From Octopus vulgaris (Eukaryota), in contig OX597833.1 in the NCBI GenBank assembly GCA_951406725.2, positions 10,850,001-10,914,000 on the forward strand: DNA of 64,000 nucleotides. Reading direction: 5' to 3'. This document shows, one piece after another, positions 49,098 through 61,710 of the stretch. The notes beneath the pieces were generated by a model. That model made no database searches. It had not been told where the DNA came from and saw nothing but the letters and a program-made list of their open reading frames with translations. A program made the position numbers and the translations under genes. Positions within the stretch are counted from its first letter, which is position 1; every line of letters begins with the position of its first letter.

Positions 49098-49478
49098 GTG
49101 TGGCTGTGTGGTAGGTAGTTTGCTTACCAGTCACATGATTCCGGGTTCAGTCCCATTGCGTGGCATCTTGGGCAAGTGTCTTCTACGATAGCCTCGGGTG
49201 GACCAAAGCCTTGTGAGTGGATTTGATAGACGGAAACTGAAAGAAGTCTGTCGTATATATGTATATGTATATATGTGTGTGTGTGTATGTTTGTGTGTAT
49301 GTGTTTGTCCCCCTAGCAGTGCTTGACAACCGATGCTGGTGTGTTTATGTCCCCGTTACTTAGCGGTTCGGCAAAAGAGACCGATAGAATAAGTACTGGG
49401 CTTACAAAAGAATAAGTCCCGGCGTCGAGTTGCTCGATTAAAGGCGGTGCTGCAGCACAAGTAAAAGAGTAAAAGAGA
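49098..49478 (+). mobile_element. SINE family B
   Basis: Matches 943-1352. Confidence 0.8.
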
Positions 49479-49786
49479 ATGTATGAAAAAGTGAAGGCGG
49501 TGAAAGAGGGAGAGAAAGTAAGAGCGTAACCGACTGACAAGGCAAGCCGAGCGGTAGGTCACATCCATATGTGGTTTGTAATATTGACTGTTTATCTCTG
49601 ACTCTACAAGAATAACAGTAAGCCGCATTAATTCCACTTCGACACCGCCACCGTCTTGTAGAATTCTCTACCACAGCTGCTTATCTGCCATCCTTTGGAC
49701 CCGACTGGAATATTATGACACGTTTGTCTGTCCGTTCACCTTATCCATCGGAAACACACCATTAACTGCTCTCGTCTGCTCCCTGT

Positions 49787-49873
<87 letters not shown>

Positions 49874-50071
49874 CGGACGTGCTGTCACTTCGGCTCCGAA
49901 GGTAATCGTTTATTTTGACTATTTATAGCCCATATTTTGTGTACATTTTTGTAAATAAAGTGTGTAAGGCACCCAACTTTCGTTTGAGTGCTTTTCCAAG
50001 GGAGGAATTCTTCCCTGGGGGCAGTTTTAACCCTATTTAATTTGTGTAATTTTCTTCTCGATATTTTGAAA

Positions 50072-52277
50072 ATGTCGAGAAATTGTATTGTAGATCGCTG
50101 GTCGCGTTCCTTTATCGACCAACATATTCCTAGTCTGGAAACGCTAGGAGAAGAAAAAAAGAACTCATGCACGCAAAGTGCAAACTTGAATGACGTGGTA
50201 GTGAACGCTGCAACCACTTGCGATAACAGCACTGTCACCACCACCACCACTAACAACAACAACAACTAGACTACTACTGCTACCACCACCGCTCCACCAC
50301 CACCACCACGACTCATCCACTACCTCAACTACCAACAACAACAACAATAACAATGACAACAAGAATAACAACAATTGCGCCACCATTTCGACATCTGCTG
50401 CCACGGCTGTCTCTTCTGCCACTGACACCACCGCCAACACCAACAACAAAAACAACAATAACAACAACAACAATTCCGTTCAGACCTTGTTTCCTCCAAC
50501 ACCAAGAACTGAAGGAAATAAACAAAAGACTGTGACCACCAAACAAATTGACAAAAGCTGCTCGAACACAGGGACAAACTATGCAAGTAATTTTCCACCC
50601 CTTCCTACTTGCACAATCAAACCAAATACACCGATTTTACCAACTGCAGCCAACAACAACATCACCACCAGCAACAACAATAACAAAACAACAACAAATT
50701 TCGCCGAGGCTATAAAAGAAAAAGACAACAGTATATTTTACTGCACAACAGATAAAAGATACGAAAATTTTCATAACGGAAGTAGATGGTATAGTAAAAA
50801 TAAACATACCACAAGAAATATTAGAAAATGAAAAAAAAAGAACTATTATATATAAAATAATTAATAAGAAAACAAAAAGTCCAGAGAAGGCTAACACAAG
50901 CAAAATCGAAAAATGCTTGAAACCCATCTGGAAGTTCAAAGAGTATGTGACCTGGTGGAACAAGTTCGCGCACATACATGTGGTCTTCCACACTGAAGAG
51001 TTAGCAAAACGTTTCTCAACGCTAACTCTTCATTCAGATGAACTGACATTAATACCAAGCTATCGTGGACAGAAAGTGACTAAAATCACTTTAAACAATG
51101 TCCCCAAAATAGCGAACAATCTATGGCTAGCAAAGGCCTTATGTGTGAAAATGGAAGATTTCACAATTTTAGAAACTACGGTCACGGAAAACAAAAACTG
51201 GGTGGGAAAAAGAGTAGAATTTCTACTACACATAAACCAAGATGATATAAAGAAAATACCCACCCAGATATGTGTATCAGAAGACCACAAGTTGTATGTG
51301 GTCGTCGATGGCAGAAGACCACGTTGCTACATATGCGGCAGTGAGCAACATCTAAAAAAAGATTGCAAATCTGCCGCAAGAAAACAACAGCAACAACAAC
51401 AGCAGCCGGAAAAAACAAAAAAGCCAGCTTTACTACCCACACCACAATTTGTACAAACAGGACTAATCACAGAAAACCAACAAAAAACAAACCTACCCAA
51501 CCAAACAACACCACCAACTGCACCAAGAACAGAAACAACACCAACAACAACAACCAACTCCCATACCAAGGACATCTGCCAAAAAGACACTCATCGAAAA
51601 TGAAGAAACAATTACTACTCCAAATCTCCACAAAATTGACACCCCCAAACAACACAACAATACCTACAATCACTCAAACACAAAATACCCACACCCCACC
51701 TCCAAAACCGCATACACCACAACCTAACGCTCACCAACCAACACCAACAACAAAATCAACACAGTCTACAATAGATCCCAATATTTTTCCCCTCCTAATC
51801 TCTGATTCCTCTGATTTGTCATTAGACGAAGAAGACACAGAAGATTGGCAAATAGCCACAGTGGGGAGAAGAAAAAGGGGAAAAAAGAAAAGAAAAGATA
51901 ACAAACAAAGCAGGAAGATTCACCCCTCCCGAAACAAAAACATCCACAGAAAACGAACACATCAACACAAACACACCATCATCAAACCCCCAACAATGTT
52001 GACAGCCATAAACACAAACAACAACGACCTAATGGAACACATTAGGTCAAACACCAACATAACTGAAAACGACATAAAAACAAATAACCACCCACGCACA
52101 ACACCACCACAACACATTAAAATAATATACGTAACACAGAACACATACAGCACCCTGAAATCTCTTTACCCTGATGCAGTAGGGAGATTTCAAAAATATT
52201 CATCACAGAAACTATATAAAAACCTCATGGAAGAAGACTGTGAGGTGAAAAACAAAGGACTTTCGGACAACAAGTAA
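50072..52277 (+). pseudogene. Tx1 ORF1 (gag-like, RRM-like region, CCHC zinc knuckle), broken by stops and frameshifts
   Basis: CYICGSEQHLKKDC (CX2CX4HX4C) in ORF 50917-51603. T/N/Q/P-rich flanks are split across frames. Confidence 0.75.
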
Positions 52278-52345
52278 CCTTTTCTCTCTCTCTTTCCTTT
52301 TTTGCACTTTCTTTCCGTGTGTAAAACACAATTTTTTATCGGAAC

Positions 52346-55300
52346 ATGCTCAGAATAGGAAGTATAAATGTACGTGGCTTGGGGTCGCCTTGGAAACAAG
52401 GCTACCTGTTAAATGATATCAAGTCACTAAATCTGAATATCATAGCCATCAGTGAGACCAGACTCCACAGCTCGCGGGCACTCCAGCACATGTTCGGTAC
52501 ACATTTCAACATTTATTTTTCTCCGTGTCTACCGAGAATGGGCGGAGGTGGCACCGCGGTGCTTCTCCGGAAGAGTCTGGATCTCAAAGTAAAAGCAATT
52601 TTCCTAGACCCGGAGGTTAGGCTGGTCGTTTTGGATGTCGATGGCAGCAATGAGTGTGCTTTTCGACTGATAACAGTTTATGCTCCGTCCTTAACAGGCC
52701 GACCAGATTTCTTTCGACGTCTAGAGTCTTTCATGGGAACGTCTCGTCCTTTACTTTTAGTGGGGGATTGGAATGCCACCCTGGACATGCATCTAGACTA
52801 CGTGGGCAGAGATAGCAATAGAAGGGGATGCAAATGCCTCAAAGACCTGCTCAGATGTTTCCAACTGTCTGACAGGTACCGACTGGACCACCCGAATGTG
52901 CCAATGTGGACATGGAGTAACCGCATCGGGTCGTCTAGATCATACTTAGATAGAGTATTCTGTAGGACAATAGATAAAAATAGTGTAGGTTGTCCACAAT
53001 TTCATATAGTCAGTTACACAGATCACAAGTTTGTGACTTGTACACTTGACTTAGATAAGACACATAGGCAGGGTCCTGGTTACTGGAAACTGAACGCGTC
53101 TTTTACAGCACGACAGGTTTACAGGGACCGGATCAGCACATTAGTTAAGAGAGCTTTGACGGATACCATCATCAACAACAGATGGTGGTATGCCCTAAAA
53201 AAAGCAATTAAAGCAGAATCAGTCAGATACAGTAAAGCCCTAGCATTAGACCGAAATAGAATAGAGGGAGAATTAGTTAAGGTTTTAGAAGAGGCACTTA
53301 GAACTGGCATCGCGTCCAACGTGCTGGCGGCGAGATTGGCCCTCGACCAACACCTCAACGCCAAACACGAGGGATGCGTTGTCAGAGCTAGGATGCGTGC
53401 TCTGAGGAACGAAGGAGTTGGAGCCGCCCAAGAGGCCCGAGTGGTGGAGACGCAACGAGGCAACAGAGCCACCATCAAGTCTCTTATAGATGAACAGGGG
53501 CGCGAATTGCTCGAGCCTAAAAGGATGTGTGGGGCTTTTCAACAACACTTCACCCAACTGTTTGGGACAAGTGGTGGGTCAGAACGCAGAGTGGACTTTA
53601 GTGCCTACCTGCATGCCTTGCCACGACTCTCAGCAAGAGAGGTGGAGTCTTGTGAAAAGTCTATCACAGCTGCGGACGTACAGGATGCGATGGAGGGCTG
53701 CGCGAGAGACAAGTCACCAGGCTTGGATGGTCTGCCCTACGAACTTTATTGTCATATGCCAGACTTGTTTGGAGGCGTCTTGGCAGCTGTCTACTGCAAC
53801 TGGCAGCAAAACGGGAGTATTCCTGCTTTTGTAAAGCGAGGAGCAGTGGCACTGATTAAGAAAGACCCAAACAAGGGGGACGTCATAGATAATTTCAGGC
53901 CCATCACTCTGCTCAACGCAGATTTGAAAATTTTGGCCAAGGTGTTAGCCGAGAGGTTGGCGCTTGTCATCAAGAAACTAATCGACAAGGCGCAAACATG
54001 CGCCGTGCCGGGTAGAAGTATTCATGACAACCTCCATCTGATGCGCTACATCATAGACAGGGTAGTTAAGAATCCTGGCATGGGTGGGGCGCTGATCAAT
54101 TTGGATCAATCAAAAGCTTTCGATAGGGTAGATCATCACTACTTGGAGGCTGTCCTTAAAGCGGCTGGTTTCGGTCCAGTTTTCCGCGGTTGGATCGCTG
54201 CCTTATACAGCGGCATCCGATCAGTAGTTCGCGTAAATGGTCATCTATCCAGACCTTTTAACATCATGCGTTCGGTTCGTCAGGGATGCCCCCTCTCATC
54301 GCTGCTGTATGTATTGACTCTTGAGCCACTACTGCGGAAACTGGCGACGCTGAAGGGCATCCCACGAGAGCTGGGATGCGGGAGGAGCGTGTCTGCATAC
54401 GCGGATGACGTCACCGTCATAGTGTCGAGCTACCAGCACATCGAGCTGGTCGGCGAGACACTAAAAGAATACGAAGCGGTAACGGGAGCAAAAATTAACC
54501 GGGAAAAGTCAGTGGGCTTGCGGCTCGGCACCTGGAGAAGCAGGCCCATGCCGTCCAACAGCGTCTCCATCGTGGGACGCTGGACGGACGGACCGGTTAA
54601 ATTGCTCGGGGTCTGGTTCGGTCCGGACCTCCAAATGGAGAAGAACTGGGGCGAGATAACGACTAGGGTGGCTACTCTCACCCAGAAATGGGCTGAGAGA
54701 AAGCTATCCCTAAAAGGTCGGGCGGAGGTGGCGAACGCGTACATCGCATCCGTCATCGAGTATCGTCTGACCGTCGTGCCTTGTCCCGACCCTACTATCA
54801 CCAAACTGGAACGTATACTCTTCCGCTTCCTGTGGAAGGGAAACGTTCCGATGGTTAGGCGATCCATTTGCTGTCAACACCCGCTAAATGGAGGGCTGGG
54901 CATGCCGTGGTTGATGATGCGCAGACATGCGCTGAGACTGCGACATCTCCGGCGCTTCATAGACGACGGTGAACAGGTGTGGTCGCCTTTTGTGCGGCGC
55001 GCTTTCCCGCAGCTCGTCTCCTTGGACGAACTACAGTCATGGATCAAGCAGAGACCGAGGCTAGGCGAATGGCACCGCGAGTGTCGCGTTGCTCTCAAGC
55101 AACTCTGCCGTCCGGGATCGAACTTGTGCGACTCCATCACAACAAAGGCATTCTATAGAGGATTAGTGGAGGGGAGGTGCGACGACGAACTCGGGCAGAG
55201 TCTGGGCGTCGACGAGGAACACCTGACCCGCCTGTTCAGGACAACTTTCGGGCCGGGACCTATGAACAATCACCAAAGATCCCTGGCCTGGCAGTGCTAT

Positions 55301-55726
55301 CGAGAAGCATTACCTGTTCGGGATAAGCTCTACAGACACGGTTCCAGACACACTGGACCGACTTGCCCGAGATGCGGTCAGAGCGACGAAACCGTTCTGC
55401 ACGCACTCGTGCAATGTCCAACCATTTCAGACCTGTGGGCTTATGCCGAACGGCTGCTGTCACGTGTGGGACGAATCCGCCTATCGGCCGAGTCTATCGT
55501 GGGAATTGCTCCGCCCCCTTCCCTCAACCGGGAAGGCAAGGCAGTTTTCATCGTACTGGTGGCCATGGTGAAAGAATGTGTGTGGTGGACCCGAGCGAAA
55601 GGATTAGAGACAAACACTTACCTCTCTGGCCAATCGCTCATCAACTTTTTCAAGTACCACTTGAAAAGGAAGGTGAGAATGGAGAGGGAAGTTTTGTCTC
55701 GCGAAAGATTAAAAAAAGATGGGTGA
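52346..55726 (+). CDS. Tx1/L1 ORF2: APE endonuclease + reverse transcriptase + C-terminal Cys/His domain (1126 aa)
   Basis: SINVRGL, ISETR, VGDWNA, YLDR, TDH (APE); KSPGLDG, FRPITLLN, LDQSKAFDRV, RQGCPLS, YADD (RT); CPRC...ETVLHALVQC. Confidence 0.97.
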   Translation: MLRIGSINVRGLGSPWKQGYLLNDIKSLNLNIIAISETRLHSSRALQHMFGTHFNIYFSPCLPRMGGGGTAVLLRKSLDLKVKAIFLDPEVRLVVLDVDGSNECAFRLITVYAPSLTGRPDFFRRLESFMGTSRPLLLVGDWNATLDMHLDYVGRDSNRRGCKCLKDLLRCFQLSDRYRLDHPNVPMWTWSNRIGSSRSYLDRVFCRTIDKNSVGCPQFHIVSYTDHKFVTCTLDLDKTHRQGPGYWKLNASFTARQVYRDRISTLVKRALTDTIINNRWWYALKKAIKAESVRYSKALALDRNRIEGELVKVLEEALRTGIASNVLAARLALDQHLNAKHEGCVVRARMRALRNEGVGAAQEARVVETQRGNRATIKSLIDEQGRELLEPKRMCGAFQQHFTQLFGTSGGSERRVDFSAYLHALPRLSAREVESCEKSITAADVQDAMEGCARDKSPGLDGLPYELYCHMPDLFGGVLAAVYCNWQQNGSIPAFVKRGAVALIKKDPNKGDVIDNFRPITLLNADLKILAKVLAERLALVIKKLIDKAQTCAVPGRSIHDNLHLMRYIIDRVVKNPGMGGALINLDQSKAFDRVDHHYLEAVLKAAGFGPVFRGWIAALYSGIRSVVRVNGHLSRPFNIMRSVRQGCPLSSLLYVLTLEPLLRKLATLKGIPRELGCGRSVSAYADDVTVIVSSYQHIELVGETLKEYEAVTGAKINREKSVGLRLGTWRSRPMPSNSVSIVGRWTDGPVKLLGVWFGPDLQMEKNWGEITTRVATLTQKWAERKLSLKGRAEVANAYIASVIEYRLTVVPCPDPTITKLERILFRFLWKGNVPMVRRSICCQHPLNGGLGMPWLMMRRHALRLRHLRRFIDDGEQVWSPFVRRAFPQLVSLDELQSWIKQRPRLGEWHRECRVALKQLCRPGSNLCDSITTKAFYRGLVEGRCDDELGQSLGVDEEHLTRLFRTTFGPGPMNNHQRSLAWQCYREALPVRDKLYRHGSRHTGPTCPRCGQSDETVLHALVQCPTISDLWAYAERLLSRVGRIRLSAESIVGIAPPPSLNREGKAVFIVLVAMVKECVWWTRAKGLETNTYLSGQSLINFFKYHLKRKVRMEREVLSRERLKKDG

Positions 55727-56155
55727 ATGTTGCAAAGATGGTGCGTGCGAGTGACGAAACCATTTTGAGCATGACCCTGTAAATCGTAATAAAGAAAGAG
55801 AGAGAGCATTTTGCTCTCATGTGGTTATTTCCTCCCTGACTGAGGTTCCCGTGGTCTTTTCTGTAGGCTTTTCTTCCCACGGATGAACCCAATCTTGTTT
55901 TTATCAATGTTTTTATCAATGTTTCTGTGATACACGATTTCTTTCCTTTTTTTTTTTTTTTTTTTCCTCTCGATCCCTTTTGATCGCAATCTTACATTTA
56001 TTTCCTTTTTTCCACCCTCGAAAAGAAAAGCTCTACATTTGTATTTGTCCCCTCTGTATTCAGCCCTGTGTGGCTAATAAAAGAAAGTTATCTATCTATC
56101 TCCCTCTCGATCTATCTATATATATATTTCTGTCCATCCATCCATCCATCCATCC

Positions 56156-56234
<79 letters not shown>

Positions 56235-56239
56235 CATCC

Positions 56240-56320
<81 letters not shown>

Positions 56321-56340
56321 ACCTTTCTATCTATCTATCA

Positions 56341-58300
56341 GATCGATTTGGATCAATCCAAAACTTTCGATAGGGTAGACCATCGATACTTGGAAGTTGT
56401 TCTCATAGCGGCTGGGTTCGGTCCCGTTTATCGCGGCTGGATTGCTGCCCTATACAAAGGCATCCGTTCGGTAATTCGCGTGAATGGGCATCTATCGAGA
56501 CCATTCGACATTGCACGTTCGGTCCGTCAGGGATGCCTCCTCTCGTCGCTTCTGTACATATTGACCCTCGAGCCACTACTGCAGAATCTAGCGACGCTGA
56601 GGGGCATCTCGTGAGAATTGGGATGCGGGACGAGCGTGTCCGCATACGCAGACGACGTCACCGTCATAGTGTCTAGCCACGGCCACATCGAGCTGGTAGG
56701 CGAGACACTGAAAGACTACGAAGCAGTAACAAGAGCGAAAATTAACCGGGAAAAGTCAGTGGACTTGCGGCTCTGCACCTGGAGAAGCAAGCCCATGCCG
56801 TCCAGCGGTGCCTCCGTTGTGGGACGCTGGACCGACGAGCCGGTTGAGTTGCTCGGGGTCTGGTTTGGTTCGGACCTCCAAACGGAGAAGAACTAGGAAG
56901 AGATAACGAGTAGGGTGGCCACTCTGGACCGGCAATGGGCCGAGAGGAAGCTGTCCCTAAAATGTTGGGTAGAGGTGGCGAATGCGTACGTCGCGTGCGT
57001 CATCTACTACCGCCTGACCGTCGTACCTTGTCCCGACCCTACCATCACCAAAGTGGGACGCATTTTCTTCCGCTTCTTGTGGAAAGGAAGCATTCCGATG
57101 GTCAGGCGATCCGCTTGCTGCCAATACCCGCTAAAAGGAGGGCTGGGCGTGCCGTGGTTGATGATGCGCAGACACGCGTTGAGACTGCGACATCTCCGGC
57201 TCTACGTCGACGACGGTGAACAGAAGTGGTCGTCGTTTGTGAGGCGCGCTTTCCCGCAACTCGTCTCCAAAAAGAGGCCGAGGAAGGGCGAATGGTACCG
57301 CGAGTGTCGCGTTGCTCTCTAGCAACTATATCGTACCGGGTCGATCTTGAGCGACTGCATCACCACGAAAACATTCTAATGGGGATTAGTGGAGAGGAGG
57401 TACGACGACGATCTCGGGGCGAACCTGGGCGTCAACGAGGAATACCTGACTCGCTTGTTCAAGACGACTTTCGGGCTGAGACCTATGAACAACTTCTAGA
57501 GATCCCTGGCCTGGCAGTGCTGTCGAGAAGGGCTACCCGTTTGGGATAAGCTCTACAGGCTCGAGAAACACCGGGCCGACCTGCCCGAGATGCGGCCAGA
57601 GCGACGAAACCGCTCTGCACTCACTCGTACAGTATCCAACCATTTCCGATCGTGGACCTATGTCGAACGAGTGCTATCGCGTGTGGGACGATTCAGTTTA
57701 TCAGCCTAGTCTATCGTCAATATTGTCGCGCCTCCTTCCTTCAAACGGGAAGGAAGAGCCATTTTTATCGTAATTGTGGCTATGGCGAAAGAATGTGTAT
57801 GGCGGACGCGTCTGAAAGGCCTAGAGACAAACACTTTCCTGATCAACCTCTCATCAACTTCTTCAAGTATCACTTGAAGAGGAAGGTCAGAGTAGAGAGG
57901 CAAGTTTTGTCTAGCAAATGTTTCAATAAAATATGGGTGAATGTAGCAAGGAGGGCACGTGTGAATGGCGGAGCCACCTTAAGCATAATCCTATGAATCT
58001 GGAAAAGAAAGAAAAAAAGAGTCACTTACTGTAATGTGTTTTTGTTGGACATTACTGCCCGAGGTTACCGTGGTCTTTTCCGTAGGCTTTTCTTTCCACG
58101 GATAAATATAATCTGTTTTTCTTTTTTGTAACTTTTATTATATTTTCTGTGATACACAACCCCTTTCGATCGGCGCTATTTTTAACGATCCCTTTTGATC
58201 AAAATTTTATTTTTCTCCTTTCTTTCTTTTTCAAAAAGAAAAGCTCTGCATTGTATTTTGTCCCCTCTGTTTTCGGCCATGTGCGGCTAATAAAGAAACA
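56341..58300 (+). mobile_element. 5'-truncated, decayed Tx1/L1 copy in (TATC)n
   Basis: Begins at [10 protein letters not shown], carries multiple stops, has the same 3' terminus, and is flanked by TATC-type microsatellites. Confidence 0.92.
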
Positions 58301-58710
<410 letters not shown>

Positions 58711-58759
58711 GAAATACTTATGAATGCCTATGGATTAACTTGTATGAGCTGAGCATCTG

Positions 58760-59355
58760 CTTTTCGCTAGCATAAAAGGTCAGGCAAAGGAAGTTTACCG
58801 CGAAGTTCATGAAGGTCCTACTTTTCCGATAACAAGCATATCATCTACACCCACTTGGTTCTCTCTTGCCACGAGATCAACAAAGAGTACTTTATGGAGC
58901 TTTTCAGGAAATTCAGGAAAAGCACCTCCATCAAGAAAATGCATCGTTCACAGTTCTATCCTGGCAACTAACTATTTGGCAGAAATAGGAATCAAAGGCG
59001 GCGAGCTAGCAGAAACGTTAGCACGCCGGGCGAAAAGAAGGCGGCGAGCTGGCAGAAACGTTAGCACGCCGGGCGAAATGCTTAGCGGTATTTCGTCTGC
59101 CGCTACGTTCTGAGTTCAAATTCCGCCGAGGTCGACTTTGCCTTTCATCCTTTCGGGGTCGATAAATTAAGCACCAGTTACGCACTGGGGTCGATGTAAT
59201 CGACTTAACCCCTTTGTCTGTCCTTGTTTGTCCCCTCTATGTTTAGCCCCTTGTGGGCAATAAAGAAATAAGAAATAGGAATCAAAACTGTCCCTCCCCC
59301 TCCCTACAATCTACACCTTAATTCTTGTGACTTCGAATGTTCCCCAAGCTGAATG
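58760..59355 (+). mobile_element. Degenerate mariner transposase fragment interrupted by a SINE
   Basis: After the SINE it reads GIKTVPPPPYNLHLNSCDF..FPKL, a decayed HPPYSPDLAPCDFWLFPKL motif. Confidence 0.65.
58997..59270 (+). mobile_element. SINE family A with duplicated head and 16-bp TSD
   Basis: TSD agaaataggaatcaaa at 58981-58996 and 59271-59286. Confidence 0.9.
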
Positions 59356-59399
59356 ACAAGGTAGATGCCGTGCCTGCACCCTGGGGGGGGGGTCTTCCA

Positions 59400-60500
59400 T
59401 TGACACAAACCTCACTAGCACTGAGGTTTTAGATGTTTATTTACACCTTAAAACTAATTCCTATAAACCTTTCCCTAAGTCTGTATTTAAGAATTTAACC
59501 CCTAACAATAGGCGTACAGTTATATGTCTTTCTTCATCTAGAGAAATATTTGAAAAGACTTCCCCATATTGTAATGATGATTTATATGATAACAACTTCC
59601 TTGATAAAATCTTTATAACTCTCTACCTCCTCAGCCACCTGGAATAGGTCCCGTAATATTTTATAGTTCATCCAGTCATTTTTCTAAATGTTATGACAAA
59701 TATAGGTAGAAGATTCTTACAACTTATTAGATAATCACTTTCTCGGTAACCTTAGGTACAGAAAGATATTTAATAGGCACACAGTTAAAATCACATATTC
59801 ATGTCCCCATAATGTAAAGGCCTCTATCAATGAATAACCGATGACTCAGACTTATCCTGAATGCACATGTAGAGATAAATCTAAATACCGTCAAGGGCAG
59901 CCATGCAATACATCCTTCGTTGTTTATGAAACACTGGTTTCAGCAAATTATTGCAAAAGCCGGACAGTGACCAAGTGTTATACTGGATCAGGGCAAGGAG
60001 GTTAAAATGTAAACACACCAACCATTTTTCGATCTTTATACACCATCTGAAGAGACATGTAACAACCCTCTTAGCATTAATCTGGAATCTTAAGGACCAG
60101 AACGTCAGCTACAACATAAAAAAAAAGATTTTTTAAGATCAAACCCTATATTAACAGGTCAAAAAGATATTCGATGTTCCTTAAAAAAGGTGTATCTTAA
60201 AAAAAAACTCAAGAATTTCAAATGACTGTGTAAGAATTGGTATTTCTTCATGCGCGCATTTAAAATTACATCTTAGTGAAAATTCAAAATTACATCTTAG
60301 TGAAAATTAAAGGTGAACAACTGGACACAGTATAAACCATTACTATCTTTGTAATTTTGTAATTTTGATATCCGTAAGACACTTATTAGATAATCACTTT
60401 CTCAGTAACCTTAGGTACAGAAAGATATTTAATAGGCACACAGTTAAAATCACATATTCATGCCCCCATAATGTAAAGGCTTCTATCAATGAATAACCGA
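59400..60500 (+). mobile_element. Degenerate Penelope-like element (RT C-terminus, linker, GIY-YIG remnants)
   Basis: TNIGRRFLQL...RKIFNRHTVKITYSCPHNVK resembles the Penelope-like FNRNTVKVSYSCMPN motif. ~120-bp direct repeat at 59722-59841 and 60381-60500. Confidence 0.65.
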
Positions 60501-60827
60501 CGTTATGTACTTTTGATATTCGTAAACTGCTTTTATTTACTGTGAAGTTAATTACCTCTTCTGTGTTTCTTTCAATCTTTTTCGAAATGTGCGTGCTCAT
60601 TCAAGCGTCAATTGCATCGGACGCAGTTACCAAGCCATCTTGTTGTTTTTAACAGTTTGATAAGTGGCGAAATAAATTGATATTTCGACCTGGAAACCCT
60701 GGGTAGCTGTATTTTACAAAACTTGTGGTTTTTATTATAATAATATATTTACTCTCTCAACAGACTGAATGCTATACAACTTGTTAAAACCACAGAATGC
60801 AGTATTTTGGATCTTTCCTTTTCCTGT

Positions 60828-60862
60828 GTTTCTGACGAAGAGCTCCGATCGAAACGTTAAAC
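60828..60862 (+). ncRNA. Putative minimal hammerhead core
   Basis: gttt-CTGACGA-agagctccgatc-GAAAC-GTT-aaac. Related minus-strand variant (CTGTCGA) at ~19205-19242. Confidence 0.4.
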
Positions 60863-60945
60863 CCTCCTTCTTTCTTTCCTTCCTGAGCGTCCAATAACAC
60901 TATACTTGTTCCACGTCCTCGCATTGTTCTGTTTTCTCTTTGTGT

Positions 60946-61021
<76 letters not shown>

Positions 61022-61358
61022 GTATTCCGGAATAAGTTTTTCGTTTGTCCAACGTTAATTACTAATTTCTCAGTTGTCACTGCATGTCCTTCCTCCCTTC
61101 CTTCTTCTTTTCCCTTTCAGGTTCATAAGTGCCTTAACTCATACCCATACTAACTTCTCTTAGCTTAATGTTTATCGAGTGTTAATAGAAACGGGTGTAA
61201 GAGAAGACAACCAATTTGGTGTTAATAATAAACGATTATGAAATTTCCAATTTCCATTTTCTTTTTCTTTCAAACATTCCAAACAAAACTGTCCAACGAA
61301 CAGGAACGTGAAACTCTGAGCAACAGTTTTTGTGATATCTTTGCTGCTTTTCAATAAA

Positions 61359-61532
<174 letters not shown>

Positions 61533-61710
61533 AAAAAGGAGATGTGGAACACGAGTTGTGATATATAAAAAAGGAAATGAAGAAAATGCTGACAAAATAA
61601 TTTAAGTAATTTAAATAATTTAATTAGGTGAAAGTTCTTTTTACCGATTGCGCATTTGTTATGCTTATCAAAAGTTTTTTCCTTATATATATGTATATAT
61701 ATGTATATAT

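Larger units (their letters stand above)
49874..56088 (+). mobile_element. Near full-length Tx1/L1-clade non-LTR retrotransposon in (TATC)n
   Basis: 5' UTR, disrupted ORF1, long ORF2, T-rich 3' UTR ending ggctaataaaagaaag. (TATC)n at 49788-49873 and after 56088. Confidence 0.95.

Noticed and set aside
49480-49787. Possible solo LTR upstream of the full-length Tx1
   Set aside because: No clear TG...CA termini, TSD or second copy in the window.
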